61,645 nt of DNA, taken from assembly GCA_050012475.1 (NCBI GenBank), contig JBEKHC010000018.1:1-61645 (forward strand), read 5' to 3'. Origin of the DNA: Candidatus Velthaea sp. (lineage in GTDB: Bacteria; Vulcanimicrobiota; Vulcanimicrobiia; Vulcanimicrobiales; Vulcanimicrobiaceae). Of this stretch, positions 9,132 through 17,462 are shown in pieces; the first letter of the stretch is position 1; each line of letters starts with the position of its first letter. Both the position numbers and the translations under genes were made by a program. Under the pieces are notes generated by a model. It made no database searches and was not told the DNA's origin. It saw only the letters and a list, made by a program, of their open reading frames with translations.

Positions 9132-10127
9132 ATGAACATCGTGATGACCGGCGGAAATGGATTCATCGGCCGCCGTCTGGCCCGTCAGTTGTTGGCCGAC
9201 GGTGCAGCGCTCGGCGCGGACGGTGTGCGGCATCCGCTCGAGAAGCTCGTGCTCTTCGACATCGCCCGCCTCGATGACGACCTGGCACGCGATCCGCGCA
9301 TCGAGCAAGTCGTCGGCGACGTCGGCGATCCGGCGACGCTGTCCGCCGTTATCGGGCCGCGCACGGCTGCCGTGTTTCACTTCGGTGCCGTCGTGAGCGC
9401 CGGCGCCGAGGCGGATTTCGATCTCGGCATGCGCGTCAATCTCGACGGCACGCGCAACGTGCTCGAAGCCTGCCGCCGGCTGCCGTCGCCCGCCCGCGTC
9501 GTCTTCGCCAGCAGTCTTGCCGTGTACGGCGGCGATCTCCCCGAGCTCATCGACGATGCGACCCCGTTGTACCCGCAGACGTCCTACGGTGCCCAGAAGG
9601 CGTGCGGCGAACTGCTCGTTTCCGATTACAGCCGCAAGGGCTTCATCGATGGGCGCGCGCTGCGGTTTCCGACGATTTTGGTGCGGCCCGAACCCAACCT
9701 CGCTGCGTCGACGTTCGCGTCGACGATCATTCGCGAACCGCTATTGGGCCGGGAGACGACGTGTCCGGTCGAACCGCGCTCGGTGATGGCGGTCATGTCG
9801 ATCGCCCGGCTCACCGAGTGCATCATGCTGGCCTATACATTGCCCGCCGACGCATTCGGCGTGCGGCGCGGCTTGTTGTTGCCGGCGATCTCCGTGTCGG
9901 TCGAAGCGATCATCGCCGCAGTTGGACGCGTCGGCGGCGAAGCGGCGGTCAAGCGCATCGCACTGCGCACGGACCCCAAGACGCAGGACATCGTCGACGG
10001 CTGGCCCGGCGGTGTGTCTGCGGCGCGCGCCGAGGCGCTCGGACTGCACGCCGATGCGACGGTCGAAGAAATCGTCGGCACGTTCGTGCACCAGGATCTT
10101 CCGGCAATGCTGGCCGCTGCGCGTTGA
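9132..10127 (+). CDS. denD: NAD-dependent epimerase/dehydratase, D-erythronate dehydrogenase-like
   Basis: GGNGFIG, AVVSAGAEADFDLGMRVN, SYGAQK, DYSRKGFIDGR. Confidence 0.8.
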   Translation: MNIVMTGGNGFIGRRLARQLLADGAALGADGVRHPLEKLVLFDIARLDDDLARDPRIEQVVGDVGDPATLSAVIGPRTAAVFHFGAVVSAGAEADFDLGMRVNLDGTRNVLEACRRLPSPARVVFASSLAVYGGDLPELIDDATPLYPQTSYGAQKACGELLVSDYSRKGFIDGRALRFPTILVRPEPNLAASTFASTIIREPLLGRETTCPVEPRSVMAVMSIARLTECIMLAYTLPADAFGVRRGLLLPAISVSVEAIIAAVGRVGGEAAVKRIALRTDPKTQDIVDGWPGGVSAARAEALGLHADATVEEIVGTFVHQDLPAMLAAAR

Positions 10128-10156
10128 TGGGACGGCGCGGCGAAAACGGGGGCGGC

Positions 10157-10531
10157 ATGGTAATCGACCACATCGACTTACGGGTCGTCGACGTCGCGGC
10201 GGCGCGGCCATTCTACGATAAGTTTTTGAAAGCGTTCGGCTTTCGCGGCCAGCAGCAGACGAACGGAGATATCGTGTACTACCGCTTCGCGGAGCGGCGC
10301 GTGCAAGAAGCCGTGGCATTGATCGGGGCCGCCGGGCACGTCGCCAACGACGTTCGGCTGGCATTTCATGCCGCCGATGTCGAGGAAGTGGACCGGATCG
10401 CCGCGATCGCCGCCGCCGCCGGCGCGCTCCGCTTTGAGGCGCCGCAATGGTGCCCCGAGATCGCCGACCGCTATTACGCCGCATTCTTCGAGGATCCGTC
10501 GGGCAATCGGCTCGAGGTCGTCCACCGTTAG
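10157..10531 (+). CDS. VOC/glyoxalase family protein
   Basis: IDHIDLRV, YYAAFFEDPSGNRLEV. Confidence 0.88.
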   Translation: MVIDHIDLRVVDVAAARPFYDKFLKAFGFRGQQQTNGDIVYYRFAERRVQEAVALIGAAGHVANDVRLAFHAADVEEVDRIAAIAAAAGALRFEAPQWCPEIADRYYAAFFEDPSGNRLEVVHR

Positions 10532-10776
10532 CGAGGCGGCTTTCCCGCCTGCTCGTCCAGCAGCGACAAGAATAGCTCGGCTGCAGGAATATTAGGTACG
10601 GCTAAATTATAGTATAGCCTTGCCTCCGCAGCGCTCGGTAGCTCGTCGTACCGGCCTTCGGCCTTTCCCTTGCTGAGCAACGGCGGTGGAACGGTCTGGC
10701 CCGGGCGACGGAAGCGATGGCTTTGTGGTCTGCCCCGATTTGGCAACTGGTCCGAACGCCCTATAGGAGACCTTTG

Positions 10777-12318
10777 ATGAGGCCTTTTCTTCCGCCGTGC
10801 CGACGACGCTCGGTTTTTACTTTTGTCCTCGCCGCCGCGCTGGCGGGCTGCTCGAACGGCAGCAGCAGCGTGGCGTCCCGCTCGGTCAATGCCGCGGATT
10901 TGCCCAACCCGCCCGAGATCGTCAGCACCAACGGCGTCGCACGAGTCGTGTTGCAGGCGGTCATCAATCCGGCCACCGGCGGCCCGGCGGTGCAGTACGA
11001 TGGTGCGCTGGTCCCACCGACGATCCGCGTTTCGCCCGGCGACACGATCGCCGTCACCTATACCAATTCGTTGCCGCCGATGAGCCAAGAGCCGCTCAAT
11101 GCGACGAACCTGCATTTCCACGGGCTTGCGACGTCGCCCAATCCCCCGGCCGACGATGCGATCGACATTTTGGCGATGCCGGGACAAACGCTGCACTACG
11201 TCGTCCCGGTGACCAAAACGCAGCCGCCCGGTTTGTACTGGTACCACATGCACGCCCACGGCGAAGCCAACTGGCAACTGTACAACGGCATGTCGGGAGC
11301 CATCGTGGTCAACGGCACCGCTTCGTACGCATCGCAAACGACCGGTCTGCCGGAACGGATCATCGTGCTGCGCAACCTGCTCGGCCGTCCGGAATTCGAC
11401 GCGCTCTCGATCGCGCGCCGCGTCGCCGCCCACCAACGCCGGACACGCGCGGTTCGTGGAGCGTTGGATGACGACGGCATTTGCGCTCAGCCGTTTGCTA
11501 TCGACAGCGAGTACACGACGATCAACGGACGCGCCGTGGGAGCGACGGTTGCGATGCAGCCGGGCAGCCGGCAATTGTGGCGCGTGGTGAACGCTTCGGC
11601 CGACGGTTACTACGATCTGAGCATCGACGGCCAGTTGTTGCACGTGGTTTCGATCGACGGCGTTCCGCTCAAGATGTATCCCGGTGGTCAGGAACAAGAC
11701 GTCCACGACGTCGTGGTACCGCCCGCCGGCCGAGCGGAATTCATCGTGACCGGACCTGCCGCGGCTGCGGCGTTTCGCACGACGTGCTTCGATACCGGAC
11801 CCGACGGCGATCCCAATCCCTCTCAAGTTCTCGCCGAGATCGTCCCCGGCATCCCGGCCGTCGGCACGGTGCCGCGCGCCGGCGCCACCGCACCGCCGGT
11901 CGGAACGTTTGGGACCGCCCTGGGAGGCGCGTTTGCGCAGCAGCGGACGCTGCAGTTCACCGAAGACGACAACGGCTTTTATCTCAACGGCGGCGCGTAC
12001 GCTCCGGCGGGCCCGCCGATGTTCGTCGCGCAGTCCGGGACGATCGAGCGCTGGACGCTGTTGAATACGACGGGTGAGGTGCACGCCTTCCACATTCACC
12101 AATTGCACTTCATCGCTCAGGATGTCGACGGCGTCGTGCAGCCGCCGGTGTGGCGCGACACGGTGAATCTTCCGATTGCGCACGCCGACGGCACGCCGTC
12201 CGCCACGCACGTCGTGCTGGATTTTCGCGATCCGGTCATCCGCGGCGAGTTCTTGTTTCACTGTCATCTGCTCGAACACGAAGACGGCGGCATGATGGCC
12301 AAGATCCGCGTGCAATAA
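10777..12318 (+). CDS. Multicopper oxidase, probable Tat-exported lipoprotein
   Basis: AGGAGA SD; RRRSVF and LAGC; copper ligands HFHG, WYHMHAH, HAFHIH, HCHLLEHEDGGMM. Confidence 0.93.
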   Translation: MRPFLPPCRRRSVFTFVLAAALAGCSNGSSSVASRSVNAADLPNPPEIVSTNGVARVVLQAVINPATGGPAVQYDGALVPPTIRVSPGDTIAVTYTNSLPPMSQEPLNATNLHFHGLATSPNPPADDAIDILAMPGQTLHYVVPVTKTQPPGLYWYHMHAHGEANWQLYNGMSGAIVVNGTASYASQTTGLPERIIVLRNLLGRPEFDALSIARRVAAHQRRTRAVRGALDDDGICAQPFAIDSEYTTINGRAVGATVAMQPGSRQLWRVVNASADGYYDLSIDGQLLHVVSIDGVPLKMYPGGQEQDVHDVVVPPAGRAEFIVTGPAAAAAFRTTCFDTGPDGDPNPSQVLAEIVPGIPAVGTVPRAGATAPPVGTFGTALGGAFAQQRTLQFTEDDNGFYLNGGAYAPAGPPMFVAQSGTIERWTLLNTTGEVHAFHIHQLHFIAQDVDGVVQPPVWRDTVNLPIAHADGTPSATHVVLDFRDPVIRGEFLFHCHLLEHEDGGMMAKIRVQ

Positions 12319-12319
12319 C

Positions 12320-12706
12320 GTGCGTCCGTTTTTATCGCGCAAGGCGTTCGCCGCGCTAATCGCCGCAGCGCTGCTGACCGGGCTGCTCGTCGTTCGGCCC
12401 AATGTCGTCGAGCGTTGGGGCATTTACGCCTCGACGACCGGCGGCGCATCCGACACGTACGCGCTGTTTTTAGAGCCGTTTCCGACGCGGGCATCGTGCG
12501 AGGTCGAAGCGCGGATCATCGTTCGCAGCGGCGGTCACGCACAGTGCCGCAGCCGTTTCAAGCTCGTGGCCGGAACGAACGAACAGGATCTGTTGATGTC
12601 GCAATTCTGGCCGTCCGCGCGCTGGATCGCATTCTGTGAGGCGCAATACCGCGGACGCGCCAAACAACCGTCGCGCCTCGCAAGCGATGCGGTAACGGGC
12701 CGCTAG
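12320..12706 (+). CDS. Small membrane-anchored or exported protein with three Cys
   Basis: N-terminal hydrophobic helix; tightly packed between the oxidase and SCO genes. Confidence 0.6.
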   Translation: MRPFLSRKAFAALIAAALLTGLLVVRPNVVERWGIYASTTGGASDTYALFLEPFPTRASCEVEARIIVRSGGHAQCRSRFKLVAGTNEQDLLMSQFWPSARWIAFCEAQYRGRAKQPSRLASDAVTGR

Positions 12707-13341
12707 TGAATTCGCCTCGGCTTCGCTCGACGAATCCATCGCGTTCGGCGGTGCAGGCGGCGGGCGCCGGAAGGCGTGCGTTCGTGGCGGTTCGGGCGGT
12801 GGTCGTCGTCGTGCTCGCGGTGATGGCGGCGGCGGTCGGGTGGCGAACGTTCGACACTCGGCGTGCGTCGGCGCCCGACTTCACGCTCGTCGACCAAGAC
12901 GCGCGGCCGTTCACGCTTTCGGCGCAACGCGGGCATCCCGTCGTCCTGTTCTTCGGTTACACGCATTGCCCCGACGTCTGCCCGACCACGCTTGCGCATC
13001 TCGCCCAAGCGCTGCATGCGCCCGGTGCGCCCAGCGACGCTCGCATCGCGTTCATCACCGTCGATCCCCGCCGCGATTCTCCGGCGGCCCTCAAACGCTA
13101 CGTTCGCCTTTTCGACCCGCACTTTATCGGGCTCACCGGCAGTCTCCCAGCGCTAAACCCGGTCTATGCGGCCTATCACGCGGCGCCCCGGACGATTCCG
13201 GCCGGGGCCGCGCACGGGGACTACGCCGTAGCCCACGCGACGTCGGTGTTGTACATCGGACGCGACGGCGCCACCGCCGGCCTCGGAAGCTGGGACGATG
13301 CGACCGCGGACATCGCCCGCGACCTCAAGGGAGTGCAATGA
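12706..13341 (+). CDS. SCO1/SenC family copper chaperone
   Basis: FFGYTHCPDVCP, FITVDP, conserved His in YAVAH. Confidence 0.92.
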   Translation: MNSPRLRSTNPSRSAVQAAGAGRRAFVAVRAVVVVVLAVMAAAVGWRTFDTRRASAPDFTLVDQDARPFTLSAQRGHPVVLFFGYTHCPDVCPTTLAHLAQALHAPGAPSDARIAFITVDPRRDSPAALKRYVRLFDPHFIGLTGSLPALNPVYAAYHAAPRTIPAGAAHGDYAVAHATSVLYIGRDGATAGLGSWDDATADIARDLKGVQ

Positions 13342-13354
13342 AGGGCAGCGCCGG

Positions 13355-15136
13355 TCAATGCGAGTCGCGCGGGATCCCCATCGTATGCGCCACGTCGCGA
13401 AAGGCGAGTGCGGGTTCGAGACAGCCGCCGGTTTCGAGCTGACCGACTTCCCCGCGGTAGATCTCTTGCCACGGCGTTTGGTTCGTGAGCTGCGGCGCCT
13501 TCCAGGTCCGGCGGCGCGTTTCGATCTCGGCGATCGGGAGCAGCAGGTTGACTTCGCGCTTGGCCAGATCGATGCGCAGTTTGTCGCCGGTGTGCAGCAG
13601 CGCGAGTCCGCCGCCGATCGCGGCTTCCGGCGAAACGTGCAGGATCGACGGGCTCGCCGACGTGCCGCTTTGCCGGCCGTCGCCCATCGTCGGCAACGTC
13701 GTGATCCCGCGTTTGACCAGCGCATCGGGCGGCGTCATGTTGACGACTTCGGCGGAACCCGGATAGCCGACGGGTCCGCAGTTGCGGATGACGAGGATCG
13801 CGTGCTCGTCGATTGCCAGCGCGGGGTCGTTGATGCGTGCGTGATAGTCCTCGGGTCCGTCGAACACGATCGCGCGCGCGACGTAGGCGTTGGGATCGGC
13901 CGGATCGCTCAAGTGCGCGGCGCGAAACGCGGCACTGATCACGCTCGTTTTCATGATCGCCGAATCGAAGAAATTACTGCGCAACACCAAAAAGCCGGCG
14001 TCGGTCACCAGCGGATCGTCGTACGGGCGGATCACGGCGCGGTTCTTGCTGCGCGCCGCCCCGACGTTGTCGGCCACGGTTCGGCCGTTCGCGGTCAGCG
14101 GTTCGCCGTGAATTTTGCCCGCAGCGAGTAGTTCGCCCATCACCGCCGGAACGCCGCCCGCGCGATGATAGCCTTCGCCCAAGTACTCGCCCGCGGGCTG
14201 ACAATTGACGAGCAGTGAGACCGGGTGCCCCAAGCGCTGCCAATCGTCGAGATCGAGCGGCACCCCGACATGGCGAGCGATCGCAATGAGATGCGGGACG
14301 CAGTTCGTCGAGCCGCCGATGGCAGCGGCGACGACGATGGCGTTCTCGAAGGCCGCGCGCGTCATGATCTTGGCGGGCGTCAAGTCTTCGAGCACCATCT
14401 CGACGATGCGCCGGCCGGTCTCGTAGGCGATCTGACCGCGCTCCCGATACGGCGCCGGAATCGCGGCGCACCCGGGCAGCGACATCCCCAGCGCTTCGGC
14501 CAGCGAATTCATCGAAGTCGCCGTGCCCATCGTGTTGCAGTGGCCGGCGCTGAGCGTCGACGACGCGACGAGGTCGATGAAGCCTTCGCTGTCGATCTTG
14601 CCCGCCGCGAGCAGCTCGCGGGCTTCCCAGACGATCGTGCCCGAGCCGGCGAGGCGGTTCTGATAGTGGCCGTCGAGCATCGGGCCGCCAGACAGGACGA
14701 TCGCGGGCAGACCGACCGTCCCGGCGGCCATGAGCGCTGCGGGCGTGGTCTTGTCGCAACCCGTCGTGAGCACGACACCGTCGAGCGGATAGCCGTAGAG
14801 CACTTCGACCAGACCCAGATAGGCGAGATTGCGGTCGAGTGCTGCCGTCGGGCGCTTCCCGGTTTCTTGCAGCGGGTGCACGGGAAACTCCATGGCGACA
14901 CCGCCGGCGGCGCGGATCCCGTCGCGCACACGTTCGGCCAGCTGCAGATGGTGCCGGTTGCAGGGCACCAGGTCGTTACCGGTCTGCGCGATCCCAATGA
15001 TCGGCTTACCCGATTGCAGCTCCCCGCGCGTAAGCCCGTAGTTCAGGAAGCGCTCGAGATAAAGCGCAGTCATGCTCGGGTTGTGCGAATTGGTAAACCA
15101 CTGCCGGCTGCGCAGCGCGGGATTGGCGTCGCTCAT
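13355..15136 (-). CDS. IlvD/Edd family dehydratase, sugar-acid (xylonate/arabinonate) type
   Basis: PCNRHH, TGCDKTTP, GHCNTMGTA, GGSTN, GDGRQSGTS. Confidence 0.92.
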   Translation of the reverse strand: MSDANPALRSRQWFTNSHNPSMTALYLERFLNYGLTRGELQSGKPIIGIAQTGNDLVPCNRHHLQLAERVRDGIRAAGGVAMEFPVHPLQETGKRPTAALDRNLAYLGLVEVLYGYPLDGVVLTTGCDKTTPAALMAAGTVGLPAIVLSGGPMLDGHYQNRLAGSGTIVWEARELLAAGKIDSEGFIDLVASSTLSAGHCNTMGTATSMNSLAEALGMSLPGCAAIPAPYRERGQIAYETGRRIVEMVLEDLTPAKIMTRAAFENAIVVAAAIGGSTNCVPHLIAIARHVGVPLDLDDWQRLGHPVSLLVNCQPAGEYLGEGYHRAGGVPAVMGELLAAGKIHGEPLTANGRTVADNVGAARSKNRAVIRPYDDPLVTDAGFLVLRSNFFDSAIMKTSVISAAFRAAHLSDPADPNAYVARAIVFDGPEDYHARINDPALAIDEHAILVIRNCGPVGYPGSAEVVNMTPPDALVKRGITTLPTMGDGRQSGTSASPSILHVSPEAAIGGGLALLHTGDKLRIDLAKREVNLLLPIAEIETRRRTWKAPQLTNQTPWQEIYRGEVGQLETGGCLEPALAFRDVAHTMGIPRDSH

Positions 15137-15255
15137 CGTGCTCCCTTGGGATCGCGCTGCGCGCGATCTGGTGCGTTTCGGCATTATGTCTCGGCTGCGC
15201 CGAAGCCGCCGCATCCGGCGAGCTTACGCCAACGGGGCTGGAAATCCAGCGCCGC

Positions 15256-15654
15256 CTACTGCGAGCGGGGCTCGAATTCCAATGCCAGCGAGTTGATGCA
15301 ATAGCGCTGCCCCGTCGGCGCCGGTCCGTCGTCGAAGACGTGACCCAGGTGCGAGCCGCAGGCTTTGCAGCGCACTTCGGTCCGCGTCATCCCGTGCGAG
15401 CGATCCGCGATGAGTTCCACGTTGTCGCTGGCTTTGGGTTGGTAGAAGCTCGGCCAACCGCTGCCGCTCTCGAACTTGGCGTCGGACGAAAAAAGTTCGG
15501 CCTTGCACGCTCCACACTGATACGTGCCCGTTTCCTTATTGTGATAGAGCTCGCCGCTAAAAGGGCGTTCGGTCGCTGACTCGCGCAGGACGGCGTATTT
15601 GTCCGCAGGCAGCTCCGCCTGCCATTCGGCATTTGTTTTCTTTACGGTATCCAC
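15256..15654 (-). CDS. msrB: Methionine-R-sulfoxide reductase
   Basis: KFESGSGWPSF, HLGHVF, RYCINS, two CxxC zinc pairs. Confidence 0.96.
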   Translation of the reverse strand: MDTVKKTNAEWQAELPADKYAVLRESATERPFSGELYHNKETGTYQCGACKAELFSSDAKFESGSGWPSFYQPKASDNVELIADRSHGMTRTEVRCKACGSHLGHVFDDGPAPTGQRYCINSLALEFEPRSQ

Positions 15655-15695
15655 GCTCCTAAGACGTTTGCGTGCCTAAAGACGGTTTCGCCAAT

Positions 15696-15857
15696 TCAAA
15701 CGTCGCCGGGTTGAACGTCAGCCTGGGCGCACTCGGGCCGGTGGCCGGCCGAGGCCGTGAGGATCGCGCCGCAGCTCGGGCAGACCAAATGCAGCCAGCA
15801 GGCGATGTCGCCGCCCAGATCGTCGGACGCCGCGTCGAGATTTGGGGGCTCACGCAT
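15696..15857 (-). CDS. 53-aa zinc-finger microprotein (not in the ORF track)
   Basis: MREPPNLDAASDDLGGDIACWLHLVCPSCGAILTASAGHRPECAQADVQPGDV; CPSCG plus HRPEC; fills the gap between SRPBCC and msrB. Confidence 0.75.
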   Translation of the reverse strand: MREPPNLDAASDDLGGDIACWLHLVCPSCGAILTASAGHRPECAQADVQPGDV

Positions 15858-15869
15858 CGCCAGCGGCCT

Positions 15870-16346
15870 TTACGCCGGGTGGGCGCGGGCGATCTCGGCA
15901 CGCAGCCCGCGCAGGCCCTGGCGCATCGTATAGTCGTGGTTCGCCGCAAAGACCGGGCGCAGCCAACGGCCGAAACGGTGCAACAACGGCTTGTTCGCGC
16001 GGACGCGCCAATCGTAGGTGATGTCCACTTCGTCGCCGTCCTGGGTGAGCGTCCAGCGGCCTTCGCCTTCGAGGTCGCCGTCGGCGACGATGCGCGAACC
16101 GTGCGGGTAGCTCTCTTCGACGACGGTGAAGCGCCAATGAATCGCGTAGGGCAGAAAGCCTTTGGTCGTCACCTCGACGCGCCGGCCCAACCCGTGCGCG
16201 CCGCCGCGTTCGACGATGCTGCACTCCCGGTACACGGACGGCCACCAGCGCGCAATGCGATCGGTATCGGCGAGCACATCCGAAACGCGCTCGCAGGTGC
16301 CGCACACGCGCCAGTGCGTCAAGAACCGATATTCGTCGCTGTTCAT
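15870..16346 (-). CDS. SRPBCC/polyketide cyclase family protein
   Basis: YRFLTHWRV, RWWPSV, GDLEGEGRW, FAANH. Confidence 0.85.
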   Translation of the reverse strand: MNSDEYRFLTHWRVCGTCERVSDVLADTDRIARWWPSVYRECSIVERGGAHGLGRRVEVTTKGFLPYAIHWRFTVVEESYPHGSRIVADGDLEGEGRWTLTQDGDEVDITYDWRVRANKPLLHRFGRWLRPVFAANHDYTMRQGLRGLRAEIARAHPA

Positions 16347-16504
16347 CTCACTCGTCTCCGGCGTCCGTAATCGAAACGAAGCGCGACGCGCGGTGGATTC
16401 GAGCGCACGCGCCGATTGGATTATCCGGCGACCGGCGAACGTAGTCAGGCCAAACAAGCGTTAAGGGTCATTGATCCGTGAGGTCGTCGAACGGGAGAAT
16501 ATGA

Positions 16505-16518
16505 TTGATTCTTGTCAA
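16505..16518. promoter_or_regulatory. Crp/Fnr-type box TTGAT-N4-GTCAA
   Basis: One mismatch from TTGAT-N4-ATCAA in an AT-rich intergenic patch upstream of SRPBCC-zinc finger-msrB. Confidence 0.45.
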
Positions 16519-16576
16519 TGACGCCCACCGCGGATGCATGCTCGATGCTCGGCAAGCCCCGCGCGGCCGGTGCGGA

Positions 16577-16996
16577 TCAGTTCGACGGATCGAAGTCGAC
16601 TTCGACGACGTAACGGCCGCCGACGGCATGACCGTTCATGCTCGCGGCTTGATACGTCGACGAGCGCACCGCCTCGAGCGCGCTTCGATCGAAGCGAGCG
16701 CGACCGCTCGACGCCAGCAGTGCGGCGTTCGTGAGCGATCCCCGTGCGTCCAAGTCGACTTCGACCCGGACGGTACCGCCGATATTCGCGAGTTGCTCGA
16801 ACGCCGGCATTTCGGCGGGTGTGCTGCGGACGATTCTGGCTTCGGTCCGCGTTTGCGCGGATAGCGCGTCAACATCGCGGCTGAGATCCGTCACGAGGAC
16901 GACCCGTGAGCCCAGCGTATCTTGCGCGACTGCGGGCGCAGCCGCTGCAGCGAGGAGCACGGCACCGGCCGCGAACGCGAAATGAAGTTTGCGCAT
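16577..16996 (-). CDS. Secreted TonB C-terminal domain protein
   Basis: Signal peptide; GTVRVEVDLDARG, SSG-x-x-x-FDRSAL. Confidence 0.85.
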   Translation of the reverse strand: MRKLHFAFAAGAVLLAAAAAPAVAQDTLGSRVVLVTDLSRDVDALSAQTRTEARIVRSTPAEMPAFEQLANIGGTVRVEVDLDARGSLTNAALLASSGRARFDRSALEAVRSSTYQAASMNGHAVGGRYVVEVDFDPSN

Positions 16997-17181
16997 GGAG
17001 GTTCTCCCAGGAAAAAGCAGGAGCGTGCTTTCGGCGAGCAGGCTCTCGGAGGGAACGGCGAACGGCGCAATGGCCGCGATTCGATGGCAATCGGTAGCGG
17101 CGCGTTGTGCGGGCGCCGTGCGGCGTTGGTCCCGCCGTTCCTCGATGATGCCGCATCAGGACGCGCGCGAACATGCACAGC

Positions 17182-17203
17182 CATACAGTTTGCTCATACA
17201 GTT
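17182..17203. repeat. Direct repeat CATACAGTT x2, 13-nt period
   Basis: 17182-17190 and 17195-17203, between the divergent TonB-domain and regulator genes. Confidence 0.6.
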
Positions 17204-17462
17204 GCGGCGTCGCCCGTGACGACCAGTACGTAAGACCGCTCGCGAGCGACGCTCGGGAGGACCGCGGCTCCCCGCAGCTCTACACACCTTGCTTAGAGCG
17301 CTGCGCCGCGGCGGACGGCGGCAGGGTGAAGGTGTGAAACGGAGCGCGCAGCCGGCTGGCGGCCGGCCGATCACAAGAGGTGTTGGCCGAGCGAGCCCGG
17401 ATGAACCCAGTCGGCAGCGGGGCCTTGGCGCGCGCGACCGCCGGACGACCTAGCGCGAAACG

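Noticed and set aside
10690..10720. SRP RNA or c-di-GMP/c-di-AMP riboswitch upstream of the oxidase
   Set aside because: Only a GGAAGC fragment matches; the core motifs are absent
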